64,000 nucleotides of DNA from an uncultured virus (IMG/VR IMGVR_UViG_3300033149_003774) (Duplodnaviria; Heunggongvirae; Uroviricota; Caudoviricetes): IMG/VR virus record IMGVR_UViG_3300033149_003774. One strand, given 5' to 3'. The notes below the pieces were generated by a model. That model was not told the origin of the DNA. It saw only the letters and a list, made by a program, of their open reading frames with translations, and ran no database searches. A program made the position numbers and the translations under genes. Numbering within the stretch: the stretch's first letter is position 1; every line of letters begins with the position of its first letter. Shown here piece by piece: positions 1 to 7,984 of the stretch.

Positions 1-85
1 GGGTAGGTATCGGTTTTTTCTTCGCTTCTTAGGACAACACTTCACGCCATGCGAAGAGTGTCAGAGGAAACTGCATAAGTTAATC

Positions 86-289
86 ATGGAGTCCGATCAT
101 CTATTCCTCGGAAACAAAAGTTACGAACCCCCCATCGAATTTGGTAGATTCTGGGATATTGATGAAAAATCATGGAGTGAAATCGAGAGACGAGAACCCA
201 CACCAGATGACTATCAACGTATATACGGTGATAAGTGGCGGGAATATTGGAACGCTTGGATCGCGGAGGAAGCCGAAAGACTTAAATAG
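86..289 (+). CDS. small hypothetical protein
   Basis: 67-aa ORF, Trp/Glu-rich, no recognisable motif. Confidence 0.5.
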   Translation: MESDHLFLGNKSYEPPIEFGRFWDIDEKSWSEIERREPTPDDYQRIYGDKWREYWNAWIAEEAERLK

Positions 290-310
290 TTCTCATATAT
301 AACTATAATT

Positions 311-431
311 TGGCGCGTAGTGTCCTCGGTCGCGGAGGCATGGCTTACCCATCGTGGCGTTCCCTTGAGCGGGGGAGGTAAGCAATCTTCAGGGCAAGAC
401 TCACGCTCTGTCGTTCTACGCGTCATCCCCC
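311..431 (+). ncRNA. putative structured non-coding RNA (element A)
   Basis: GC-rich intergenic block; tggcgcgtag (311-320) pairs with ctacgcgtca (416-425); inner stem gcttacc/ggtaagc; AT-rich promoter-like sequence upstream and T-tract downstream. Confidence 0.5.
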
Positions 432-478
432 TTTTTTGTTTTTTTTAAAAACTGGGATGAATGGATGGATGAAAAAAT

Positions 479-766
479 ATGATGTGGTTGAAACATCTTA
501 AAAATGGACTAAAGGAGAAATATCCTTTATGTTGCATTATAGCTTTTTGTATGGGTGCGAGAGCAGAAAAAGCAGGAATTGTTTTTAGGAATGGTGATAA
601 AAACGATAGTTACGTTCCCTGCCCAATTCATCGCAGTAGTCAGAACTACCACTCTTATAGAGAGGCGTTATTACTTCTTAATGATGGAGTTCTGCCGCTA
701 CCAGAATCAAATTTTAACCCAAATGGTTCTATAGGAGTTCATCGAGGTAAAACAAAACCTTTATAA
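479..766 (+). CDS. hypothetical protein
   Basis: 95-aa ORF with YPLCCI and VPCPIH; no family recognised. Confidence 0.55.
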   Translation: MMWLKHLKNGLKEKYPLCCIIAFCMGARAEKAGIVFRNGDKNDSYVPCPIHRSSQNYHSYREALLLLNDGVLPLPESNFNPNGSIGVHRGKTKPL

Positions 767-790
767 ATGTGACTGGTTCCATTTTTTATG

Positions 791-925
791 ATCCCCCATC
801 GTAACCTGAGATGGAAGCGAGGGTGATGTGATAGGGGCGTGTAGAAACGGACGCGCGGACGCCTACACGGAACAGCCTTGCTCACAGAGGAATCGGAAAT
901 GAACGATTCCGAGGGGACCCAGTTC
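791..925 (+). ncRNA. putative structured non-coding RNA (element B)
   Basis: GC-rich intergenic block after TTTATAAA; hairpins ccatc/gatgg, gtgtag/ctacac, ggaatcg/cgattcc. Confidence 0.4.
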
Positions 926-984
926 AATCTTCAAATTGTTATTGAATAGAAACATTTAAATATTACCCATTCACATTTAATATT

Positions 985-1145
985 GCGCACCGTGTGGGAC
1001 GCGTCCAAGAAAAAACAACATTACCACCGCGATGTAACCCGCGAAAGCGGAGGAAGATCGCGGGGTTGGGGGGAGTAAGACCCTGTATGGCTCGGAGAGG
1101 GGCTAAAGCTCCAAATGGGCTGTGGGTGCGTGGGCATCCCCTTTT
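985..1145 (+). ncRNA. putative structured non-coding RNA (element C, related to element A)
   Basis: TTTAAATA about 25 nt upstream; gcgcacc/ggtgcgt closing stem; ccgcgat/atcgcgg stem enclosing a ccgc-GAAA-gcgg tetraloop; ends catcccc + T-tract like element A. Confidence 0.5.
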
Positions 1146-1283
1146 TATACACTCAGAAACGAAACCCTTTTATAGTATTTCTCCTAACTGTTTTTTGTAT
1201 TGTCACTTGATATAATTCCAAAACTCCTATATTCTCTTTTTGTGTTAGCACAACCTTTATTAGCAAGTTTTTATGTATTTTGT

Positions 1284-1405
1284 TGGGAGTCGAATGTGTG
1301 TCTGACAATCTCCCGACCCGAAGGTTTGGAGAATACTTCAACTCCCCCCAAATGATTGTCCGTGGTCGCCCGTGGAGTGCGCAATGAAACGGGGTCCACG
1401 GACGG
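1284..1405. ncRNA. putative structured element (element D)
   Basis: stems gggagt/actccc, tctcc/ggaga, gtccgtgg/ccacggac in intergenic DNA. Confidence 0.35.
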
Positions 1406-1488
1406 ATGGGTAAAGCACAAACGCATACTTTAAATATACTCCTCTAAAGCAATTCCGTAAGACTTAAATACGCCACTTTGTATTTTTC

Positions 1489-2349
1489 GTGATGGTGGAC
1501 AGGACGACCGAGAGTAGTATAGCCATCAGAAAAAGATTGCGAGAGGAATACATCAAAGAGCTTTATGAATCATTCCCCAGTATGGAACTCGTCCCCCTTT
1601 CCAGAGATTTTTTGGAGGGAGTGCATAGATCTGGTTTGCTCGTTGCGGGAGGTAGGGGAACTGGGAAATCCAACGTCGCCAAAATTATTTCGAGTCAGGT
1701 TATTAATGATCCAGAGAGTGACACACAGATAAAGATTTCCGACACGACCCAGAATTGGATTCATGGATTTGAACCTATATACTATCGACCCGTTACCGAG
1801 GATATGATCATTCCAGACGATGTTTATTTTGGGGAGGATCATTTTCTCTATGACGTGGAACTGTGGGATGTCGATATGATTCAGGATGTTCTTGGGGCAT
1901 TTGTGGGCATAGATTATGATGTTCAGAGGCTCTTCAAGAAAAATGATGTGATGGATAACTGGATAATATGGGTGATAGAGGAGGCACAGAACCTTCTTGG
2001 AACTTATGCACTTAACGGAAAACGGGGAAAGAGATGGCTAAAAATTATAAGCGAAAGTCGCAATTTCAACTTAAACTTTATCTGGATTGGACAGAGACTT
2101 GCGGATATTTCAACGAAGGCTGTAGAGCGGTGCCAGTCCTACCTGTTTGGAAGGATGACGGGGGATAATGATCTCAAGAAGATAAGGAGAATCTGTGGAA
2201 AAGAGGCTGAAGTTCATAAGGTTGTTCCACGACTGGGAATAGGAGAATTCATCTATTGGGATGGTTCCGATGCCAAAAAGGTTATAAATGTTCCACTCTA
2301 TACTTCACATACAAAACCCATGCTGTGGAATGGGAGGGGGAGAAACTGA
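1489..2349 (+). CDS. P-loop ATPase, HerA/FtsK/VirB4-like superfamily
   Basis: Walker A GGRGTGKS, Walker B IWVIEEAQ, downstream SRNF...IWIGQR motif typical of FtsK-HerA ATPases. Confidence 0.8.
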   Translation: MMVDRTTESSIAIRKRLREEYIKELYESFPSMELVPLSRDFLEGVHRSGLLVAGGRGTGKSNVAKIISSQVINDPESDTQIKISDTTQNWIHGFEPIYYRPVTEDMIIPDDVYFGEDHFLYDVELWDVDMIQDVLGAFVGIDYDVQRLFKKNDVMDNWIIWVIEEAQNLLGTYALNGKRGKRWLKIISESRNFNLNFIWIGQRLADISTKAVERCQSYLFGRMTGDNDLKKIRRICGKEAEVHKVVPRLGIGEFIYWDGSDAKKVINVPLYTSHTKPMLWNGRGRN

Positions 2350-2555
2350 TGGAAAAAGTGAAGAGCAAAAGAATGTTAACCAAGAAACAAATGAGAAGAA
2401 AGCTAAGAGAGGAATATAAGAAAAATGTGGGAGGTGCGGTGCAGTCAAGTGGTCTCGAAAATGCTATAGCGTGTGGAATCGTCATTACCATTACTTGTGT
2501 GGCGTTCATATCCATCTTTCTGCTTATGCTTCTGATAGGGGTAGTGTTGATATAG
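2349..2555 (+). CDS. small membrane protein
   Basis: ATG overlapping the ATPase stop; basic N-terminus and long C-terminal hydrophobic helix. Confidence 0.55.
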   Translation: MEKVKSKRMLTKKQMRRKLREEYKKNVGGAVQSSGLENAIACGIVITITCVAFISIFLLMLLIGVVLI

Positions 2556-2566
2556 GAGGGAGGGAA

Positions 2567-3034
2567 TTGAGGAAAGCCATTATTGGTAACGCGACCGATG
2601 AGTTCACACCCATCACAGAAACAGCCGCAAAAAAACTTATCAGAAGATTGCTTGAAAAAAATGATATTTTAATATCTGGTGGTTGTCATCTGGGCGGCGT
2701 GGACATCTGGGCAGAAGAATATGCAGATAAGATAGGAGCTAAGAAGATAATCCATTATCCTAAAGTTCATCGATGGAGTGGAGGTTATCGAGAGCGGAAC
2801 TTAAAGATTGCAAAAGATGCTGATATTGTCTATGTAATAGTTGTGTCGGAGTATCCTCCAAAGTATGGAGGGAGGAGATTTAGATTCTGTTATCACTGTG
2901 ACACAACAAATCACGTTAAGTCTGGGGCATGTTGGACTGCTTGGAAGGCGATTGCTATGGGTAAGAAGGCTGTTTGGTTCATCATTCAGCCAGACGGTTC
3001 TCTAAAAAAAGAGGTGCCGTTCGTTGGTTCATAA
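2567..3034 (+). CDS. SLOG-superfamily (DprA/YspA-like) nucleotide-binding protein
   Basis: ISGGCHLGGVDIWAEEYA and YRERNLKIAKDAD motifs; TTG start after GGAGG. Confidence 0.7.
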   Translation: MRKAIIGNATDEFTPITETAAKKLIRRLLEKNDILISGGCHLGGVDIWAEEYADKIGAKKIIHYPKVHRWSGGYRERNLKIAKDADIVYVIVVSEYPPKYGGRRFRFCYHCDTTNHVKSGACWTAWKAIAMGKKAVWFIIQPDGSLKKEVPFVGS

Positions 3035-3047
3035 AGAGGTGAAAGAA

Positions 3048-3272
3048 ATGGTAGTAAATAAAAGAATAGATGAAGTCATAAGAAGAATGGCGGAAGAGAT
3101 CGTTGATATGTTCTTTGATTTTGATCTCTATTACGAGATTGGTGGAATACCAGACTATTATGCCGGAGAGGCGTTCTTGGATGTCTGTGAGTTTGAAAAT
3201 AGAGAAGAGGTTGTAGATGTTATTGAAGACTACTTGGTGAAGAAGTTCAGCGAATTAAACGACACAGAGTAG
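3048..3272 (+). CDS. hypothetical acidic protein
   Basis: ORF preceded by GAGGTGA. Confidence 0.55.
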   Translation: MVVNKRIDEVIRRMAEEIVDMFFDFDLYYEIGGIPDYYAGEAFLDVCEFENREEVVDVIEDYLVKKFSELNDTE

Positions 3273-3341
3273 GAAGGATGGAGAGCCGCGAACTTTTCAT
3301 TTTGCTTTGAAAAACAATAACACCAAAATGTTTATATACAA

Positions 3342-3782
3342 TTGTTTCCACCTACTCCTGAAATGAGTGTGAGCGTCGTAGACGAGAATCCGCTTGCGTG
3401 GCGGATTGCAGAGTGGATCGAAAAAAATACAACTTATGGTACAAGTTCCACTATTAATACTGTAACAATAGTAAAAAATGACGAGTTTAAAATGGACAAA
3501 TTATATGGATGGCATCTTTCCTTCTGGAAAAAATATCGTAGAAGAAGAATATTAGGTTGTATATATACGAGTAGATGGTCAGTAGATAAAAATAAATGTG
3601 CTACTAACAAGAAACTGCTTTTGGAGGTATGTGGTCGTGATCTCGGTGGTGAAGCAAAGGAATTAGCGACAAAAATAGCGGAAGCATTTGATGTTCATGT
3701 AACGGTAATTTTCCATGATCGTATTAGCAGAGCGTGGGAACGTTTGAAGGGTGATGATCTTTCCACTTTTTATATTCAATAG
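3342..3782 (+). CDS. hypothetical protein
   Basis: 146-aa ORF downstream of AAAATGTTTATATA promoter-like box; exact start uncertain. Confidence 0.55.
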   Translation: MFPPTPEMSVSVVDENPLAWRIAEWIEKNTTYGTSSTINTVTIVKNDEFKMDKLYGWHLSFWKKYRRRRILGCIYTSRWSVDKNKCATNKKLLLEVCGRDLGGEAKELATKIAEAFDVHVTVIFHDRISRAWERLKGDDLSTFYIQ

Positions 3783-3795
3783 ATAGACTCTGAGG

Positions 3796-4602
3796 ATGTG
3801 TAACATGTATCCAAGAATTGAAGAGCAAATTAAAGTAATATCCGCGATTAGAAAGAAGTTAAATATTGAACAGAATGGAAGTCTGGTTTATTTGACAATA
3901 TCTGGTTCTCATCTCTATGGGTTTCCTTCGGAGAACTCCGATGTGGATTATAGAGGCGCATTTTTAACAGGAGAAGAAAACCTGCTAGGATTGAGGGGGA
4001 AGAGGGATGTTGTTGAATTAAACAAGCCTGCTGATATCGTAGTGTTTGAATTAAAAAAAGAATTGAGTCTTGCATTAAAGTCAAATTGTAATATCATAGA
4101 ACACATTAACGCATTACCCATCTATAGAACGGTAGAGTATCTCAAAATGAAACGATTAGTAAATAATGCTCTAGGAAAAAGAGGACTTTATAATTCTTAT
4201 AGAGGAATGGCATTATTCAATTATAGAAAATTCATATTGCGAAATAGAAGAATCTATAAGAAATACTTGTATGTTTTTAGGGGATTAATGGCGGGGATTT
4301 ATGTTCTCGAAACTGGCAAAATAGAACCCAACTTATTAAAATTAAATAAATACTTTAAGATAAAGGAACTTGACGAACTCATCAAATTAAAAATCGAGGG
4401 CGTTGAGGACGGGGTGGTTAGGGAGTCCATCGACTCTGGTAAATTGGATGAATTAATAATAATGCTTTTTGAAAGGATAGATAGGGCTTATATTAAGTCA
4501 AAAATTCCAGAGATTCCCAACGATGAAGAAAAAAGAGCAATAGATAATTGGTTAATTAATCTAAGATTGGAGAGAATCAAAAAACATCTAGCGGAACATT
4601 AA
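3796..4602 (+). CDS. DNA polymerase beta-superfamily nucleotidyltransferase (YcgL/RlaP-like)
   Basis: SGSHLYGFPSENSDVDYRG (GS...DxD signature) and KKYLYVFR helix. Confidence 0.8.
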   Translation: MCNMYPRIEEQIKVISAIRKKLNIEQNGSLVYLTISGSHLYGFPSENSDVDYRGAFLTGEENLLGLRGKRDVVELNKPADIVVFELKKELSLALKSNCNIIEHINALPIYRTVEYLKMKRLVNNALGKRGLYNSYRGMALFNYRKFILRNRRIYKKYLYVFRGLMAGIYVLETGKIEPNLLKLNKYFKIKELDELIKLKIEGVEDGVVRESIDSGKLDELIIMLFERIDRAYIKSKIPEIPNDEEKRAIDNWLINLRLERIKKHLAEH

Positions 4603-4820
4603 AACAAAAATACCCCCCCACCATTTAAACCACCACTATCTTTTTTTAAAAAAAATCAAAAAACCATTCATATAAAACTATCCCTTTCATTTTTGTTTTA
4701 AAATAAAGAAAAATATATATTAAAATTATTATTTTTTGATTTCAATAATAAATCATAATAGTAAATTAATAATATGGATGAACATTTTAAGAATAATTCA
4801 GGAAAAATTTGATTCATTTT

Positions 4821-4849
4821 TCATATATGTATAAATCTTTCTACTTACT
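4821..4849. repeat. 29-bp imperfect direct repeat, copy 1 (promoter-like on the minus strand)
   Basis: tcatatatgtataaatctttctacttact, 27/29 identical to 11684-11712. Confidence 0.8.
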
Positions 4850-4926
4850 CTTCTCTAAAACTAAACCGAAGTTAGCTAATTCAAGCTACTGTTAGTTAAC
4901 TTTGGACTTTAAGAAAATTCGGGAAA

Positions 4927-5079
4927 TAAAGACGGGGCGACGTTGATCCAACCCATCACCCAGATTTAGCTAACTCTCGACTTTAGTTTTTTTCCTTAAT
5001 TTTTTAGCGGATGAGTTGGAGTGGTGGGGAACGAATCACCCGCACCTTAATCTCTGGTGTGGACGATGCCCCGTCTTTA
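4927..5079. repeat. long inverted repeat / stem-loop
   Basis: taaagacggggc (4927-4938) is the exact reverse complement of gccccgtcttta (5068-5079); inner cccatcac/gtggtggg pairing. Confidence 0.6.
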
Positions 5080-5192
5080 CACCCTCGTTACAATTTTCAC
5101 CCTTCCCTTCCATCACCCCCAAACTTTACATTTTCATGTTAAGTTTCGGCTGTTTTAAGGTTTTCCACGGGCAATATTTAAGTGTTTTGTTA

Positions 5193-5208
5193 AAGAAGGG
5201 TTTATAAG
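5193..5208 (+). promoter_or_regulatory. archaeal-type promoter (purine-rich BRE + TTTATAAG) for the Ubl gene
   Basis: aagaagggtttataag upstream of a leader with a gcc-GAAA-ggc hairpin and GGTGA RBS. Confidence 0.5.
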
Positions 5209-5260
5209 CTCAGGCGGGGAGGGGGTATTGCCGAAAGGCGTGTAGAAAAGGGTGAAAAAC

Positions 5261-5464
5261 ATGAAAGTAACCCTGATATCTGCCGACGGGGACGCGCGAC
5301 GGATCGAGGTCGAGGACGGCTTCACCATCGCGGAGGTCTTCGAGGCGGCAGATAAATATCTCGGCGGAGGTCGCGTGAGCCTCAACGGGGAACCCGCAGA
5401 TGCGGATACACCTGTTGAGGAAGGCGACGTTGTAGCCGAGGCGAAGACCGCGGAGGGGGGTTAA
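5261..5464 (+). CDS. ubiquitin-like (beta-grasp, ThiS/MoaD/SAMP-like) protein
   Basis: 67 aa; MKVTLI...IEVEDGFTIAEV...SLNGE...TPVEEGDVV pattern; C-terminal Gly-Gly immediately before the stop. Confidence 0.85.
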   Translation: MKVTLISADGDARRIEVEDGFTIAEVFEAADKYLGGGRVSLNGEPADADTPVEEGDVVAEAKTAEGG

Positions 5465-5478
5465 CACCCCTTTTTTTC
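5455..5478 (+). terminator. putative terminator after the Ubl gene
   Basis: gggg-ttaaca-cccc hairpin followed by a T7 tract. Confidence 0.45.
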
Positions 5479-5545
5479 CTCCATTTTTTATGATAAAGGG
5501 GAGTGGTGGAATATAAAGATATTGTTCAAATAAGAGGGGGAAAAC

Positions 5546-5749
5546 ATGAAAAAAGAAAACATAAATTTTAGGACTTTTGAGGCGTTGGTCGTGATCGACG
5601 GCGAATACACCGTAAAAGTGAAAGCCAAAACAACTGGAGAAGCATTAGATAAAATTTTCAATCTTCCAATATTTGAACAACTGCGCACAGCAACGGATGC
5701 AGATGTAAACATAGACGTTATGGACATCTGGGAAGTGGAAGAGAGATGA
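5546..5749 (+). CDS. small hypothetical protein
   Basis: 67-aa ORF with RBS; stop overlaps the next start (ATGA). Confidence 0.6.
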   Translation: MKKENINFRTFEALVVIDGEYTVKVKAKTTGEALDKIFNLPIFEQLRTATDADVNIDVMDIWEVEER

Positions 5750-7041
5750 TAGCTATAGATCAGAACGAATATCCTAGTGGCTTCGGAGATGTTTTTAAAA
5801 GATACCTTTACAATTATGATTATCTCCATACTTACGATAACTACAGGATTGTGAACCCTGATGATGCAATTGAAGAAATGAATGACGAAACCGATGATTT
5901 TATTATATATTCACAGTCCGTACCCTCTGGTTCTACCGATCTCTCATGGAGAAGGGTAGAATCTATTATGCTGGATGGAGTGAACATAATAAAAGAGGGA
6001 GAAAAACAGTTAGTTTTGTGTTCTCCACAATCCGTCGAGGGAGCAGTTATAATAACAGATGATGAGGGATTCTACATCGGTTGCAGAAAAAATAATGTAT
6101 TGCTCATCTCGATGGAATTATCAGATCTGACTATTGTGGGTCTGGAGAAGATATTAGAAACTGCGGGACTGAGGGGACTTTCAGTTGAGGAAATGTTCAT
6201 AACAACTCTCAGAGAGATAACATCAAGACACGCCAATATGAACGTTCAGGCAATAAAGGAAAAAATCCAAAAAATAGATTCACATATGAATGTGGCATTT
6301 TCAAAGTATGTGCAGTATATGAAAGAAAAATCAGATCTTGAAGCCATGATATCTGGTCTTGGGGAGTATAACGCACTATTTTCCTCAAAATTGGAACAAC
6401 AATTAAAAAGATTATACAGATCACCGAAAATAGATAGCGTGGAAATCAGCGATGGCGAAATAAAGGTTTTAACAAAACCCCTTTACTGGGGAATATGGAA
6501 CATAGGCCAATATAATGTAGTGTATAATGTGGAATGTTCGGAACCGATGATCTATCAATTAAGCGCGCCACCGTCTAGGGAGGTGATGCTGAATGCCACT
6601 AATTCTCGTGTTAGGAGAAGCTACGAACACAGTCACATCTTGGGCGGGATAGGGTGTTGGGGAAATTGGCGTGAGATGGTGCGCAGTTTTTGGAAGCTAG
6701 ATATGCTTACTGGTTTTAATTATGCCATACAATATATTCAAAGTTACTCACTTGAGGGGGGACCACATCAACACGCAGAAAAGTTCTTGGCGGGTCTTGG
6801 TTATATTCATGATGCAGAAAGATTGAGGGAAAATGGATGGAGAATAACACAGGTGAGTAACGGAATAGTTGAAATAAATCGCATGAAAAGAACAAATGAA
6901 GAACTCAGGGAGATGGGATTTACGGCGGAGGTTGAGATGGACCCAGAAAAATACAAAGAAGAATATGAGAGGAATAGGGGAATAAGGAGAATGATGAGAG
7001 ACATCAACATCGATTACATAGATTTAACTCAGGTAGAATGA
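5746..7041 (+). CDS. coiled-coil plus prokaryotic E2-like (UBC-fold) protein
   Basis: central coiled coil, then beta-strands and HSHILGGIGCWG resembling the HPH/HPN...C E2 active site; lies between Ubl and E1 genes. Confidence 0.65.
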   Translation: MIAIDQNEYPSGFGDVFKRYLYNYDYLHTYDNYRIVNPDDAIEEMNDETDDFIIYSQSVPSGSTDLSWRRVESIMLDGVNIIKEGEKQLVLCSPQSVEGAVIITDDEGFYIGCRKNNVLLISMELSDLTIVGLEKILETAGLRGLSVEEMFITTLREITSRHANMNVQAIKEKIQKIDSHMNVAFSKYVQYMKEKSDLEAMISGLGEYNALFSSKLEQQLKRLYRSPKIDSVEISDGEIKVLTKPLYWGIWNIGQYNVVYNVECSEPMIYQLSAPPSREVMLNATNSRVRRSYEHSHILGGIGCWGNWREMVRSFWKLDMLTGFNYAIQYIQSYSLEGGPHQHAEKFLAGLGYIHDAERLRENGWRITQVSNGIVEINRMKRTNEELREMGFTAEVEMDPEKYKEEYERNRGIRRMMRDINIDYIDLTQVE

Positions 7042-7054
7042 GGGGGTAGAAGAG

Positions 7055-7747
7055 ATGAGTGATGTTGTATTTGAAACTTACAGGCGACAGATGGATGTAA
7101 TCGATCCACGTGACATACCACCAATAACTATTATAGGTGCTGGTGCAAGCGGTAGTTGCATAGGCATAGTTGCGGCTAAAATGGGTTGTCAGAACATCAC
7201 CATTTACGATGGTGATGATGTTGAATTGCACAACATACCAAACCAATACTATCCACCAGAAAGCATTATGATGAATAAATCCGAAGCTCTGAGAAGGGAA
7301 ATACTCAGATTTACACCAGACGATATAAAACCATTTGTGTCTGCACACAACATCTTCTGGTCTGAGAGGGAGATGATAACCACGCCATACGTTTTTGTGT
7401 GCGTTGATAGTATGGATATGAGGCGGAGAATATTCAACAGACTAAGGAGAAACAATAATGTCAGGTGGCTAATAGATACGAGGATGGGGGCAGAATATTA
7501 CGAGGTCCACACTGTGAATATGAATGATGACGAGGAGAAAAAACTATACGAAGAGGACCTGAGACTTGAGCCGAGAGATGCACCATGTACAGCAAGAAGT
7601 GTAATATATACGGTTATGATGATGGCGTCGAGAGCGGTATATAGCTTTAAACGATTGGTGATGAACCAAAGTGTTCCACGGATATATACAGAGGATCTTG
7701 CACAACCATTATTACCACCGTATAGAGCATGGAGGGAGGAAGAATGA
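7055..7747 (+). CDS. E1-like ThiF/MoeB-family activating enzyme
   Basis: IIGAGASGS, YDGDDVELHNIPNQ, CVDS, IDTRMG, candidate catalytic Cys in DAPCT. Confidence 0.9.
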   Translation: MSDVVFETYRRQMDVIDPRDIPPITIIGAGASGSCIGIVAAKMGCQNITIYDGDDVELHNIPNQYYPPESIMMNKSEALRREILRFTPDDIKPFVSAHNIFWSEREMITTPYVFVCVDSMDMRRRIFNRLRRNNNVRWLIDTRMGAEYYEVHTVNMNDDEEKKLYEEDLRLEPRDAPCTARSVIYTVMMMASRAVYSFKRLVMNQSVPRIYTEDLAQPLLPPYRAWREEE

Positions 7748-7983
7748 AATTTTACAAGCTAAGATGTGAGGAATGTGGTAGAATATTTCACATCGTCACA
7801 CCAGACGACAAACAACCAGAACAAAAAATCTGTATGGATTGTATAATGGAACGCTCCAAAAAAAACATACTGCGGTTTTCATTAGGAGTGGAGGAGGGGG
7901 AAGAAGAACTCACAACAATAAAGTTATTTATGGGTTTCAGAAACGATCCATTTCAAGAAATAAAAAGATTAGGAGAGATCTAA
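7744..7983 (+). CDS. small zinc-ribbon protein
   Basis: CEECG...CMDC; translationally coupled to E1. Confidence 0.65.
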   Translation: MKFYKLRCEECGRIFHIVTPDDKQPEQKICMDCIMERSKKNILRFSLGVEEGEEELTTIKLFMGFRNDPFQEIKRLGEI

Positions 7984-7984
7984 G

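Noticed and set aside
311..431. 5S rRNA
   Set aside because: Length is similar but the conserved CCGAAC loop and other 5S motifs are absent
985..1145. RNase P RNA or c-di-GMP riboswitch
   Set aside because: GAGGAAG and the GAAA tetraloop are suggestive, but the remaining conserved regions were not found
836..5248. Shared 12-mer ggcgtgtagaaa at 836 and 5237
   Set aside because: A single 12-mer match is expected by chance in 64 kb
5261..7747. Thiamine/molybdopterin sulfur-relay genes
   Set aside because: No ThiG, MoaE or sulfurtransferase nearby; E2-like and JAB partners favour protein conjugation
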